Below, piece after piece: positions 26,421-37,912 of a stretch of 64,000 nt of DNA. The position numbers and the translations under genes were made by a program. Positions within the stretch are counted from its first letter, which is position 1. The number at the start of each line of letters is the position of its first letter. Below the pieces are notes generated by a model, which saw only the letters and a program-made list of their open reading frames with translations, was not told the DNA's origin and did no database searches. This stretch comes from Vicugna vicugna (lineage: Eukaryota), in NCBI GenBank assembly GCA_013265495.1, contig MU058584.1, positions 6,104,407 to 6,168,406 on the forward strand, given 5' to 3'.

Positions 26421-27182
26421 TAATTTCACTAGACTGACCACTGATTAGAGAGATAGCAACAGTTAGATAAGTAAAGATACAGAGAAATTATTTCTATCTA
26501 AAATTAAAGAGGACATCACTCAGATTTTATAGGTATATGTAAAAATAACAGAGAAATATTGTGAACAACTTTATACAGATACATATAATTACTTAAAATG
26601 GACAAATACCTGGAAAGATACACATCACTAAAACTGAGACAAGAAGAAATACAACATCTTAAACCTCTGTATCTTTGAAAGACATCAAAAACCTAATTAC
26701 AATGTTTCACAGAAAAAACATTCCAGGCACAGCTTTGCTGACAAATTTTACCTAAAAAATAAGGTCAAATTACTTACTCATGCAGAAAATAGAGAATGAA
26801 GAAATATTTACCAACTCGTTAAAAAGGGTCAACATTATCCTGGTATCAAAGTCAGACAGAGACATTACAAAATAGAAGGCACAGACAAATATCCTTAGTG
26901 AGCATTTATGCAACAATCTTTAACAAAATACTAGCAAATTAAATCAGCAATGTATAAAAATATATACTATATTGTGACAAAAGAAGGTTTATCTCAGAAA
27001 TGCAAGATTAGTTTGATAAATGAAAATCCAATAGTATAATTTACCATACTAACCGTATAAAGATGAATAACCATACAATCATCTGAACAGAAAATTGAGA
27101 AAATTCATTTGACAAAATTCACAATTAAAAAAACTATCAGAAAACTGAGAATAGAAAGTGACTTTCTCACTCTACTAAAAAA
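26421..27182 (+). mobile_element. L1 ORF2 internal fragment
   Basis: aaagaggacatcact...atattgtgaacaactttata...aaatggacaaatacctggaaagatac...cttaacaaaatactagcaaat. Confidence 0.8.
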
Positions 27183-28090
27183 AATCTGTGTAGATTTATT
27201 TCTGGGGTCTATTCTGTCCCATTGGTCTCTGTATCAGGAAGTAAAATGCTTCCAGGTATGTCGTTCTTTCTCAAGATTGTTGTGGCTATTTGAGGCCTAT
27301 TTTGTTTCATATAAATTATAGGATTTTTTTTTCTATTTCTGCAAAATAAAGTAGCACTGGAATTTTGATAGGATTGTATTGAATCTCTAATAACTTTAGA
27401 TAGTATGGAAATATTGGCAATATTTAGTCTTCTAATCTATGAGCACGAGATATTTTCCCATTTGTTTTGTTTTCTTCATTCTCATTTATCAATGTTTTGT
27501 ATGTTGATTTTATATCTTGAAACTTTATTGAGTTATTTATTCTAACAGATTTTTGTGGGATCTTCAGGGGTTTTTTTACATATACAATCATGTCATCTGC
27601 AAACAGAAATAATTTTACTTCTTCCTTTCCCACCGGATGTCTTTTTTCTTGCCTATAAATAATCTGATTAGTACTTCCAATACTGTGTTAAATAAAATGG
27701 CAAGAGTGGACATCCTTGCCTTGTTCCCAATCTTAGAGTAAAAACTTCCAATTTTTCACTGTTGAGTATTATGTTGGTTGTGGGCTTTTCATAGATGGTC
27801 TTGAGTATGGTAAGATAATTTCCTTCTGTTCCTAGTTTGCTGAGAGTTTTTGTCATGAAAGGACGTTGAATTTTGTCAAATGCATTTTCTGCATCTATTC
27901 AAATGATCATATAATTGTCATATTTCTATCAGTGTGACGTATGATATTTATTGATTTGCATATGTTGAATCATCCTTGCATCTTAGGGATAAATTTCGCT
28001 TGATCATGGTTATATGATCCTTTTAGTGTGTTTTTGAATTAGGTTGGCTAGTATTTTGTTGAGAATTTTTACACCTATGTTCATCAGGAG
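27183..28090 (-). mobile_element. L1 ORF2 reverse-transcriptase fragment
   Basis: ORF track peptides GKEEVKLFLFADDMIVY (27424..27633) and [13 protein letters not shown] (27668..27856) are L1 RT motifs. Confidence 0.92.
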
Positions 28091-31000
28091 TCAGGCTGCA
28101 TTGCTTTGGGAAGCCTTCCTGTTGATACCACAATTTGCTCCTTTTGCAAAACTGTTCCTCCTGGAAGCTATTCCTAAGCTTCAGACTTACTAAAGTGCTT
28201 TCTCTGTTCTCCTACTGCATTCAATGTACTTTATGGACGTGATTTATTTAAAAGAGTAATTCAAAAGATGTAAAATCATGGAATTTCCATTAAATTTCCA
28301 ACTCACAGTTCTTGACACATAGTGATAACTAATAAATGGTAACTCCTGCTATATCAGATATAATTACAACCTTCAAGGATCATGTAAAGTAGTCACCAGG
28401 TATGTAAACAAATAACTTGAACATATGAATGCATGTCATAATGATAGCGTGAAACAAAGTAGAATGTTGGCACAAAGGAGGGAGAAATCTACTCATGGTG
28501 GATAGAGGCTCAGAGTAGGACTCACAAAAGATGAATAAAACATTGCTTAGCAGAAAACATAACAGAAACATCCTAGGGAAAGACAATAGTATATACAAAA
28601 ACAGAAATGTATGAAACATTATGGTATTTAGGTATTTGGGTATTTAGGTAACTGCAAGTATTTGAGATGGTTAGGGAATTAGGTTTGAGTGGGAGAGCAG
28701 TGAAAAACAAATTTGGAAAGTTCAAGATGGGCAAAATTGTAAGCTTGGTATAAGTGTGTGGTATTTGGATATTTTCTGCACACATCAGGAGCCATGAAAG
28801 AATTTTCATATGGGAAAATTAAATGTTGAAATTTATTATTTTAGCAATATTAATGTTCTATATTTTATAGCATCATAGAATAGAGATGTAAGAATTAACA
28901 TTTTTTGGTCTCCAAATATGCTGCTTTTAAATTTCAATGCTGATCTGCTTCAAGAGTTCATAGAAAAATTCTTTCTTACCTTGTGACTGCCTTTGGGATA
29001 TCATCAAATGGCCACTGTGGTCTAAAGAATCCATATCCACTGGCTATTAATGCAGTCATCTTCTCACTTTTCAAATTAATTTGAGATCACGTTGCACATC
29101 TTAATGCAAAAGAGATTTCAGTTAAGAGGATCCTTTAAAATACATCCTCTTCTTGATGGTGGTAGCATCTGTTTTCAGCTAGTATGACGTAAGACAACAA
29201 CTATGACATCACTGGGTTGCTCCAAGGATCAGAACAGGAAGGCATATAGCCTGGTAAGAAAACAATGAACCTCTGTGCTTTTTTCTTCCCCAGGTTCTCT
29301 TACAGCCTGAACCATAGTTGAGAAAATAGTTGTGTCAGCTACTTAATACATGTCAACCTGATGATCCTTAAAGACATAAAAAATGAATATTATCCAGTAT
29401 AAATAGAAGACGTATTTAGTCACACACGTACACACACATTCATGCACACAAAAAACGCCCATGTTTGTGAGCTTGCATGTGGTTATATGCATACATGTTC
29501 AATGGAAAGTTTTCTGCTTTTGTGTGTGTGCTTTTAGAGAGATGCACATGACATGGTGAGGGAGGAAGAGGATCTGAGTATATCCAGCCAGATCAGATGT
29601 ATTTGTTAACTTAACCACAGTTTATAAGCAGGCATTGCCTTAGATCTGAGTATGCAAAAATGAATAAACATCGTTCCTGACTTAAAGAATTGTATCTAAA
29701 TACACACCAAGTGATTAAATAAAATTCAAAGTAACATATTCTGTGATAGAGCTATGATGTATCTCTGTAGAAATTGAGATGACTGTGGATTCAGACACCT
29801 AATCCTCTTCTGCACAATGTACTCATCCAAGAGCTGAGGCTCTAAGATGAAGATACAGACCTTACCTTGAAGGAGTTCAAGTCTATGAATAGGCAATCAG
29901 AGAACAAGTAATTGATGTCTCAGTCGCATTGCCCACACATCTACATCCAAGTTTTGTTTCGTTTTGTTTTCCTGGATTATTTTAAACTGCTCTTACCTAT
30001 TGATTTTGTTCTTATAAAGAAGATGCCACACCATCTCTTTTCCATTTATTGCTCAATTCCATAATCCCTCACTATGATAGAAATTTCATTTCTGTTAGAG
30101 ATAGTTCAATACACATTTGTTTAGTGCATGTTACGTGTTCCAGGCACAATTCAGAGCTAAACTGGTAGTCCGGATGGATAAATTCAGGCAATAGCTATAT
30201 TAACAATCAGATGTCTCCTCTGAAGCCTTAGTAGCAGAATGAAAAAATGTTCAGAGCATGACAAACTCTGCTGCGCACCTCTGCTGGAATGAGTTGAAAG
30301 CTCGTTGGTCACCAAGGAGCACTCTGTCCTCTTCACCTCTTAACAAATGTATTGCCATAACGTAAGTGTTTGTGACATACCCTCTGGGTCACTAAGAACA
30401 GAACCAGAACTGCCAATTCATTCCAGGTCAGTTCCTAGCAACTGCCAGTTAGCAATAATAACGTTGTTGTTGGATGAGGAATGAATTTGTGCTTCCAGAG
30501 TTGAAACATATGATGTTCCAGTGAATGACATAATACCAGCCTTTAAAGTCTGAGGCTGTAATTAAATCATGTGTTATGTGACTTTAAAACCTTAAATGTT
30601 TTTTTCTTTTCTTTCCTTTCCTTTTCCTTCTCCTCCTTCCTTCTTCTTTCTTCTTGTGTGTAGACAGCACATGTGTCACAGAAATAGCAGCATATTGGAA
30701 AAATAATTTTTTATGATTTGGGAAAATTTCTGCCAAACCCATGTCTCTTCAGTGTAATCATTAACATATCAGGAGAGGAAGTAAAGATACATCAAAGACC
30801 CTGAGAAATGGTTGAAATAAGGTCAGAATCTTTCCTGTGAGTGTTAGTGACAAAAAGAACTTGAAATTCATTTTCCTTCAGCTCACACTTCAATACCTGT
30901 CTACATTGCTGCTTTTTTCTTTTTTTAAGGAGAGGTTAAAAAATAAGATGCTGCTACTTCAAGCTTGACAAATTGTAAAGTATTTCTCTCAAATCAGTCC

Positions 31001-32099
31001 TCTTCCTGCCTTTCCCACTCACTGGCATATGAACTTCTTTTTCTGTCCAAATGAGTCACTTGAGAGGATGTCAACGTTGCTGTAAATAAAAGATGCTAGT
31101 ATGCCATCATGAAAAGAAAACAAAGGGAAGTAAAAAAAAAAAAAAGTAAACAGAATGCTGGTTGTCCACTTGCCAGCCCTTGTCCTCCGCCAGACGTGGT
31201 GTTGTGTACCTCTCTTTAAATGGTCTCTTGACTGAATTCTACCAAATAATCTCTACCATAACCATGTGGGCACGCTGGTGAAAATTCCTCCATCTGAACT
31301 AAGGGAGCATTAACGGCCTAAACATTTTTAACAAGATTGGTTTTATTTTTACCTTATTAAAATGTTTTCATGGCTCCCAGAATACCTTTTGTTTTTCGAC
31401 CTTGAGAATGTTGGGCTAGGATTAAGTCCAAGGTCATTCTGTTGCCAGTATGTTTGAGTTTACAATATCATTAAAATTGAACAAATATGAAAAGCCTGCA
31501 CTGGAAAGTCAAATGTAAACTACAGGAACACGTACTCTACTCTTTCATTTTGCTGGTCAATTTACTCAGAGCGAAGGAAAAACAAAACAGGCTACAGGCA
31601 GTGTTCAGTAAATAAGTTTTGAAAGAATATCTGTAAACAAGAAGGGAAATCACCAGATAAAATGAAAATGTCATAAAGTAGTAGGTTCTGGATTTAACTT
31701 TTTACATGTTGGCCATTAGGGTAAAGACGATACAGAAATTGGGGCTTTTCCATTTTTTATTCTCTTAAACAATATCCTTCTTCACCGAGAGAGTAATGGA
31801 CAAAAGGGAGATTGGGTGATAATCCTTTATTTACTTCTACCTCAGTATATATTTACTTTGTTTCTATTTTAGTGGTTTCTGTTGGCCTAAGGATAAATCT
31901 GTTTTATTGTATTAAAAAACTGTGTATAGTGGTATGGAAGGGAGTGGGAGAAATATTTATTGAGGTAATACTGTGGGCTAGGCACTAAGAAAAGCAAAAT
32001 TATAACAGGAAAAATTATTTGTGTCTTACAGATGAGGAAATAGAAATAGTTTGTACAAGTTAGCAGAGCCCAGCTTATTTTTGTAAAATTTTCCTCTTA

Positions 32100-32720
32100 T
32101 TTTTACCTTTTCATTATAAAGTAAACAAATATGGAAGAAAATCACACAAGTCAGATCCAAAGCTTAATGAATTATTAAAAGGCAAATATCCTTGTAACTG
32201 GATGAGGACAGAACCTTCCCAGCTACCCCAGGAGTTCCTCTGCGTGTTTGTCCCAACGTAAGGTCCTTTCTTGCCTCCAAAAGTAATTACTATCCTGACT
32301 TCAATACTAATCACATTCTTGTTTTCATGTTCAAACCCATATGTGGTCCCTAGACTCTATGTCTAATTTTGCCCATTTAAAAAAACTTAATGTCTTTTAA
32401 GTTTCTTTTAATTTGTACATTTCTCCTCTTTCTTTTTTTTCTTACATTATATATATTGAAGATCCAGCAGTATTTTACCAGTAGATTTTCCACATTCTAG
32501 ATTTGCTGATTACATACTTACAATGGAGTTTATTATCTTTCTCAAGGAAATACGTATTTTGTGCTACTGTGGCAGCTGAATCCAGAAGCTTGATCAGACT
32601 CATTTTTATTCCTTTGGCAAGAAAATAAATGGTGTTGTATTATTTACTCGGGGAACACAGAAGCTGGTGTTGACTTCTTTTTGATGTTAGTAACCACTGA
32701 TGTTCAGTGCTGTCTGTCTT
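32100..32720 (-). mobile_element. Ancient L1 3' UTR fragments (L1ME/L1MC-like)
   Basis: agcttaatgaattattaaaaggcaaatatccttgtaac...aaaagtaattactatcctgactt...tttccacattctagatttgctgattacat. Confidence 0.55.
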
Positions 32721-33359
32721 TTTTTTCATTGAGGTTTTTTCTTTATTTTAAGTATTTTACAGGCAATAAATGTTCATTGCAGGCAACTAGAAATACATAG
32801 AGCATAAAGTAAAAATTAACAATCACCCATAATCCCCACCCCTGAGAGTTAACCATCTTTAGCATTTTAAAGCATCTCCTCCCAGTGACTACATATTTTT
32901 TTTAATTAAGGTATAATTGACCTACATTACTATGTTAGTTTCAGGTGTACAACATAGTGATTCATCATTTCTGTACATTACAAAATGATCACCAAGATAT
33001 ATCTAGATACCCAAGTGTCACCATTCGAAGATGTTACAATATAATCGACTGCATTCCCCATGCTGTACGTTTCTTTGTTGTGACTCATTTTTATAACTGG
33101 AAGCTTATACCTCTTAGTCTCCCTCCCCTATTTCACTCATCCTTCAAACTCCCTTCCCTCTGGTAACCACCTGTTTATTCTCTGTATCTATGAGCCTATT
33201 CTGTTTGTTCATTTGCCTTCGTTTTTAGACTTCATATATAAGTGAAATCATATGCTATTTATTTTTCTCTTTTTTACTAAGCATAATACCCTTTAGGTCC
33301 ATCCACATTGTTACAAATGGCAAGATTTCATTCTTTTTAATGGCTGAATAATATTCTAG

Positions 33360-33414
<55 letters not shown>
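33360..33414. repeat. Compound (CT)n(AT)n microsatellite
   Basis: Direct observation, within the L1 3' region. Confidence 0.95.
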
Positions 33415-33417
<3 letters not shown>

Positions 33418-34546
33418 TGTTTACATATATATGTATATATATGATATCTTCTTTATCCATTCATCTATCAATGGACACTTAGGTGGCTTCCATACCTTGG
33501 CTATTGTAAATAATGTTGCAGTGAGCACAGGTGTGCCTATATCTTTTTGAATTGGTATTTTTGTTTTCTCTGGAAAAATACCCAGAGCTGCAATTTCTAG
33601 ATCTTGTGCTAGTTCCATTTATAATTTTTTGAGGAAACTCCATGCTATCTCCCATAGTGGCTGTACCAGTTTACATTCCCATCAATAGTGTTTTAGGGCT
33701 CCCTTTTCTCCACATCCTTGCAAACACGTGTTATTTGTAGTCTTTTTTGTTAATAGCCATTCTGTTGAGTGTGAGGTGATATCTCATTGTGGTTTTAATT
33801 TGCGTTTCACTGTTGATTAATGGTGTTGAGCATCTTTTCATGTACCTCTTGGCCATTTGTATTTCTTCTTTGGAAAAAGTCTATTCAGGTCCTTTGCCCA
33901 TTTTTCAATCAAGTTGTTTGGGTTTTTTGATGTTGAGTTGTGTGAGTACTTTGTATATTCTGAATATTAACCCCTTATCAGATATCTCATTTGCAAATAT
34001 CTTCTCCTTTTGACCTTTTCATTTTGTTAATAGTTTTTTTTTTTCTGTGCAAAAGCTTTTTAGTTTCACATAGTCCCATTTAAAAATTGTTGATTTTGTT
34101 TCCCATGCCTGAGGAGACATAGCTAAAAATATATTGCTAAGATTGATGTCCAAGAGTGTAGATTGCTTTGGGAAGTGTGGTCATTTCAACAATATTAATT
34201 CTTCCAATCCATGAGCACAGTATTTCCTTCCTTTTTCTTTGTTTTGTTTTCAATTTCTTTCATCAATATCTTATGGTTTTTCTGAGTACAGGTCTTTTGC
34301 CTCCTTAGTTGGATTTATTCCTAAGTATTTTATTCTTTTTTATGCAATTGTAAGTGGGATTGTTTTTCTCTGATAGTCTGTTGTTAGTGTATAGAGCTGC
34401 GACACATTTCTGCATAGTAATTTTGTTTCCTGCAACTTTAATAAATTCATTTGTTAGTTCTAATAGTTTTCTGGTGGTGTCTTAGGGTTTTCTATATATA
34501 GCATCTTGTCATCTGCAAATAGTAACAGATTCCTTTCCAATTTGAA

Positions 34547-34548
34547 TT

Positions 34549-34599
<51 letters not shown>
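34547..34599. repeat. (TTTA)n microsatellite
   Basis: Direct observation. Confidence 0.95.
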
Positions 34600-35399
34600 C
34601 TTTTGTGATTGCTATGGCTAGGACTTCCAATATTACATTGGATTAAAATGGCAAGAGTGGGCATTTTTATCCTGCTCCTGATCTTAGAGGAAATATTTTC
34701 AGCTTTCACTGTTGAATATAATGTTAACTGTGGGCTTGTGGTATATGGCCTTCATTAATTGTTGAGATACGTTCCCTCTATATCCACTTTGTAGAGGGTT
34801 TTTATCATAAATGAATGTTGAATTTTGTCAAAACTTTTTCTGCTTCTATTGAGATGATCATGTAATATTTCTTCTTCAGTTTGTTAATGATGTGAATCAC
34901 TTTGAATAATTTGTGGATATTAAACCATCCTTACATCCCTGGGATAAATCCCAGTTTATCATGGTGTATGATCTTTTTAATGTATTGTTGAATTTGGCTT
35001 ACTAATATTTACTGAAGATTCTTCATCTATATTCATCAGGGATTTTGGTCTGTAATTTTCTTTTGGGGGGTGTCTTTGTCTGATTTTGATATCACAGTGA
35101 TACAGGCTTCATAGAATGAGTTGAGAAGCATTCCTTCCTCTGCAATTTTTTTGGAATAGTTTGAGAAGGATAGGTGTTAACTCTTCTTTTAATGTCCAAA
35201 GAATTCACCTGTGAAAACATCTGCTCCTGTACTTTTGTTTGCTGGGAGTTTTTATTTTTTAATTACTGATTCAATTTCATTACTGGTAGTTGGTCTATTT
35301 AGATTTTCTATTTCTTCCTTATCCAATCTTGGGAGATTGTACATTTCTAGGAACTTGTCCATTTCTACTAGGTTGTCCACCAGTCTTTACTCAATGTCT

Positions 35400-36420
35400 T
35401 GTAGTCATTTTGGTTGTCTGAAGCTCATTCTCCAGTATATTCTTTAAGAAGTGCTTATGGGACAATATTCCTTGAGATCTTGCTTATTGATAACAGTTGT
35501 CTGTGCTTTTTATACTTGAAGCTCAGTATCACTGAATATAAAATCCTTGGCTCACATTTCCTTTCCTTAAGTATCTTTAAATATGTTACTTTCTGGCATA
35601 AAGTGTTGCTGATTTAAAGTTTGTTAATGTAATTTTCTGTCCTTTGTAAGTCACACATGTTTTTTACCTAAAAGGCCAAATTTTTTTTTCTATGTTTTGA
35701 TGTTGGTTTTTCTGCATGAATAGAGTCAGTTATATGATATGTGCTTTCAGTATGTAGTTCACATCCTTTTAAAAAATATCAGGAATATTTTATTGAATTA
35801 TAATTTTTAAAATTTGTTTTGTTCTCTTCCTTGGGTTTCCATCTGCAGGGAGTCCTAATATACATATATTGCATATTTACTTATTTTAGATGTTTGTCAT
35901 TTTCTCCTAAATTCTTTTTATCTCTCTTCATCTCATTATAATTTAATTCTTTTTTGTCTTTTGATTTTCTATTTTTAATTCTTCACTTGTTGCAGTTATT
36001 TACTCATGTATTCTAGTATAAGTTACATTTTTTAAAGATGTTAAGTTTCTAATTCTGTTTTGAATTGTATCTGCTTGTCTCTGACTTTTCTGCTTTTGAT
36101 TTATGTTATTATTCCATGTTTTATGTAATTAATGTAGATTGGGCTCTTTTGAAATAATAATTTACAGTTTTGATCTTTTTTTCTCCCCTATCTTTCATGT
36201 CTTTCTAGTCTGATTCCATTGTAATTATATGGGATTTGACCTTAGTACATTTTTAGTTGTTCATTTTTTATAAAATTATTTTTCCTGGATGTTTAGAAAG
36301 TAGTAGCTTCTCTACTGTCACAGACCTCCCTCTTCTGGTTGCACACAGTGTTAAATAATATAGTACCTTGTTTTCTGAAATTTTCTGGCTCTCTTCACCT
36401 TCCCCACTTTCATCTATATC

Positions 36421-36456
<36 letters not shown>

Positions 36457-36910
36457 TTTCTTGTCTGGTTTCGCCTCCAGTGCCAGTAGATTCTCCTCCG
36501 TATGGAGACCTGTGCCCTGATGTGTCAAGTGTGAGGGTTCCTAGATGGTAGACTGCTTCACATTTCCAGAGCTTACAGCAGGTGCCTTATGCTCACACAC
36601 TGCTGGAGTGAATAAAATCTTTGTCAGTTTCAGCCACTCTCCTCATATTGGCATGCTGTACTCTTCAGGCAGTATCTTTTGGGTGTTTTTTTGGTTCTTC
36701 TATTCTTAGGCTCATCAGATGCCTCAACAACACACAAGCTGTGTGGCTTTTGGTAGTTTGTCTCTACCTGCTTGTATTTTGAGGTTGTGGAGTGTCTTGT
36801 TACCCAGTTTTGTTGAATTTTTGTTTTTGCTATCTAGGTGCAGTCTTTTTAATGCAGTGATTTAGGAGAACTCGAAAAGACTATGCTGCCACTGCCCTCT
36901 TCCTAGAATC
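35400..36910 (-). mobile_element. HAL1-like (half-L1, ORF1-only) element
   Basis: atgggacaatattccttgagatcttgc...tatacttgaagctcag...aatataaaatccttggctcacatttcctttccttaagtatctt; 5' end ...gccactgccctcttcctagaatc. Confidence 0.6.
36423..36454. repeat. (TG)n microsatellite
   Basis: Direct observation, about 16 units. Confidence 0.95.
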
Positions 36911-37226
36911 TCACAACAGTTGTTCTTTTATATAGATAAGGTCCAAGGATGTTGGCTATTTGCCAAGATGACACAACTAGCTAGCAGCAGAAGATAAAGG
37001 TACATGAAAGCACCTTGATTAGTACCTGTTACAGAGAAACTGCTTAATGCATGCTCTTTCCTTTCTCCTATCCTCTCCTTCTCTTCTTCCCATCCTCCCT
37101 CTTCCTTCATTGCCTCCAATCCAGAGCCTGGATTTAAACAAACTTAAATTTCTGACTTCAAAGCTTCTGCAAGCTCATTTAATGTGCTATGCTTCTACCC
37201 CATAATGTGAAGTCACTGGAGGTTTT

Positions 37227-37912
37227 TTCCCCCTTTTTCAGTTTTATTAGGTAGAATTATTACAGTTTGAATGCACATATACATTATGTTGCATGTAAAT
37301 ACATGTATACAATATACTGCATATTTTAAAATTTATGTATGTGTATTGATCATTGTTTCTAAGGATAGATTAGAGCTTTAGCTTTTTAAACTTACATAAT
37401 TATCAAAGGAATAAAGCCAACCATAAAAAAAGAATCAGCAGAATATGGTAATTCAATCATAAAGGACAGTCAAATGTGCTTATGCATATTCAAGAAATCA
37501 ATTATTTAAGTTATAAGTAATAAGTAGTTCATTTCTGTCCTTATTTTTAAATTTTTATTATTTTTCAGATTCCACATATAAGTGATATCATGTGGCATTT
37601 TTCTTTCTCTTTCTGGTTTATTTCACTTAGAATGATGATCTTCAGGTCTGCCCATGTTATTGCAAATGGCATTATTTTATTCTTTTTTAAGGCTGAGTAG
37701 TGTTCCATTGTATATATGTACCACATCTTCTTTATCCAGTCATCTGTTGTTGGACATTTGAGTTCTTTCCACATCTTGGCTATTGTAAATAGTGTTGTTA
37801 TGAACACTGGGATGCATGTGTCTTTTTGAATTTTTTCCCCGAGTGGGATTGCTGGATCACATGGTAAGTCTATTTTTAGTTTTTTAAGGAACCTCCATAC
37901 TGTCCTCCCTAG
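37227..37912 (-). mobile_element. TSD-flanked L1 insertion with non-L1 3' segment
   Basis: L1 ORF2 C-terminus (ORF 37565..37807 MFITTLFTIAKMWKELKCPTTDDWIKKMWYIYTMEHY). TSD at 37209-37226 / 37913-37930 (16/18 identical). Confidence 0.85.

Larger units (their letters stand above)
32896..35380 (-). mobile_element. 5'-truncated L1 (3' UTR plus ORF2 part) with internal deletion
   Basis: T-rich tail at 32896; ORF 33421..33618 ATLFTIAKVWKPPKCPLIDEWIKK; RT-region sequence at 34500-35380; contains embedded microsatellites. Confidence 0.92.

Noticed and set aside
29250..29305. Plus-strand donor CTG|GTAAGA followed by acceptor-like ttttttcttccccag
   Set aside because: Only ~40 nt apart, too short for a mammalian intron; no supporting exon structure.
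29860..29870. Minus-strand donor-like AAG|GTAAGG
   Set aside because: Sits in an L2-like fragment with no associated promoter motifs or acceptor; probably chance.
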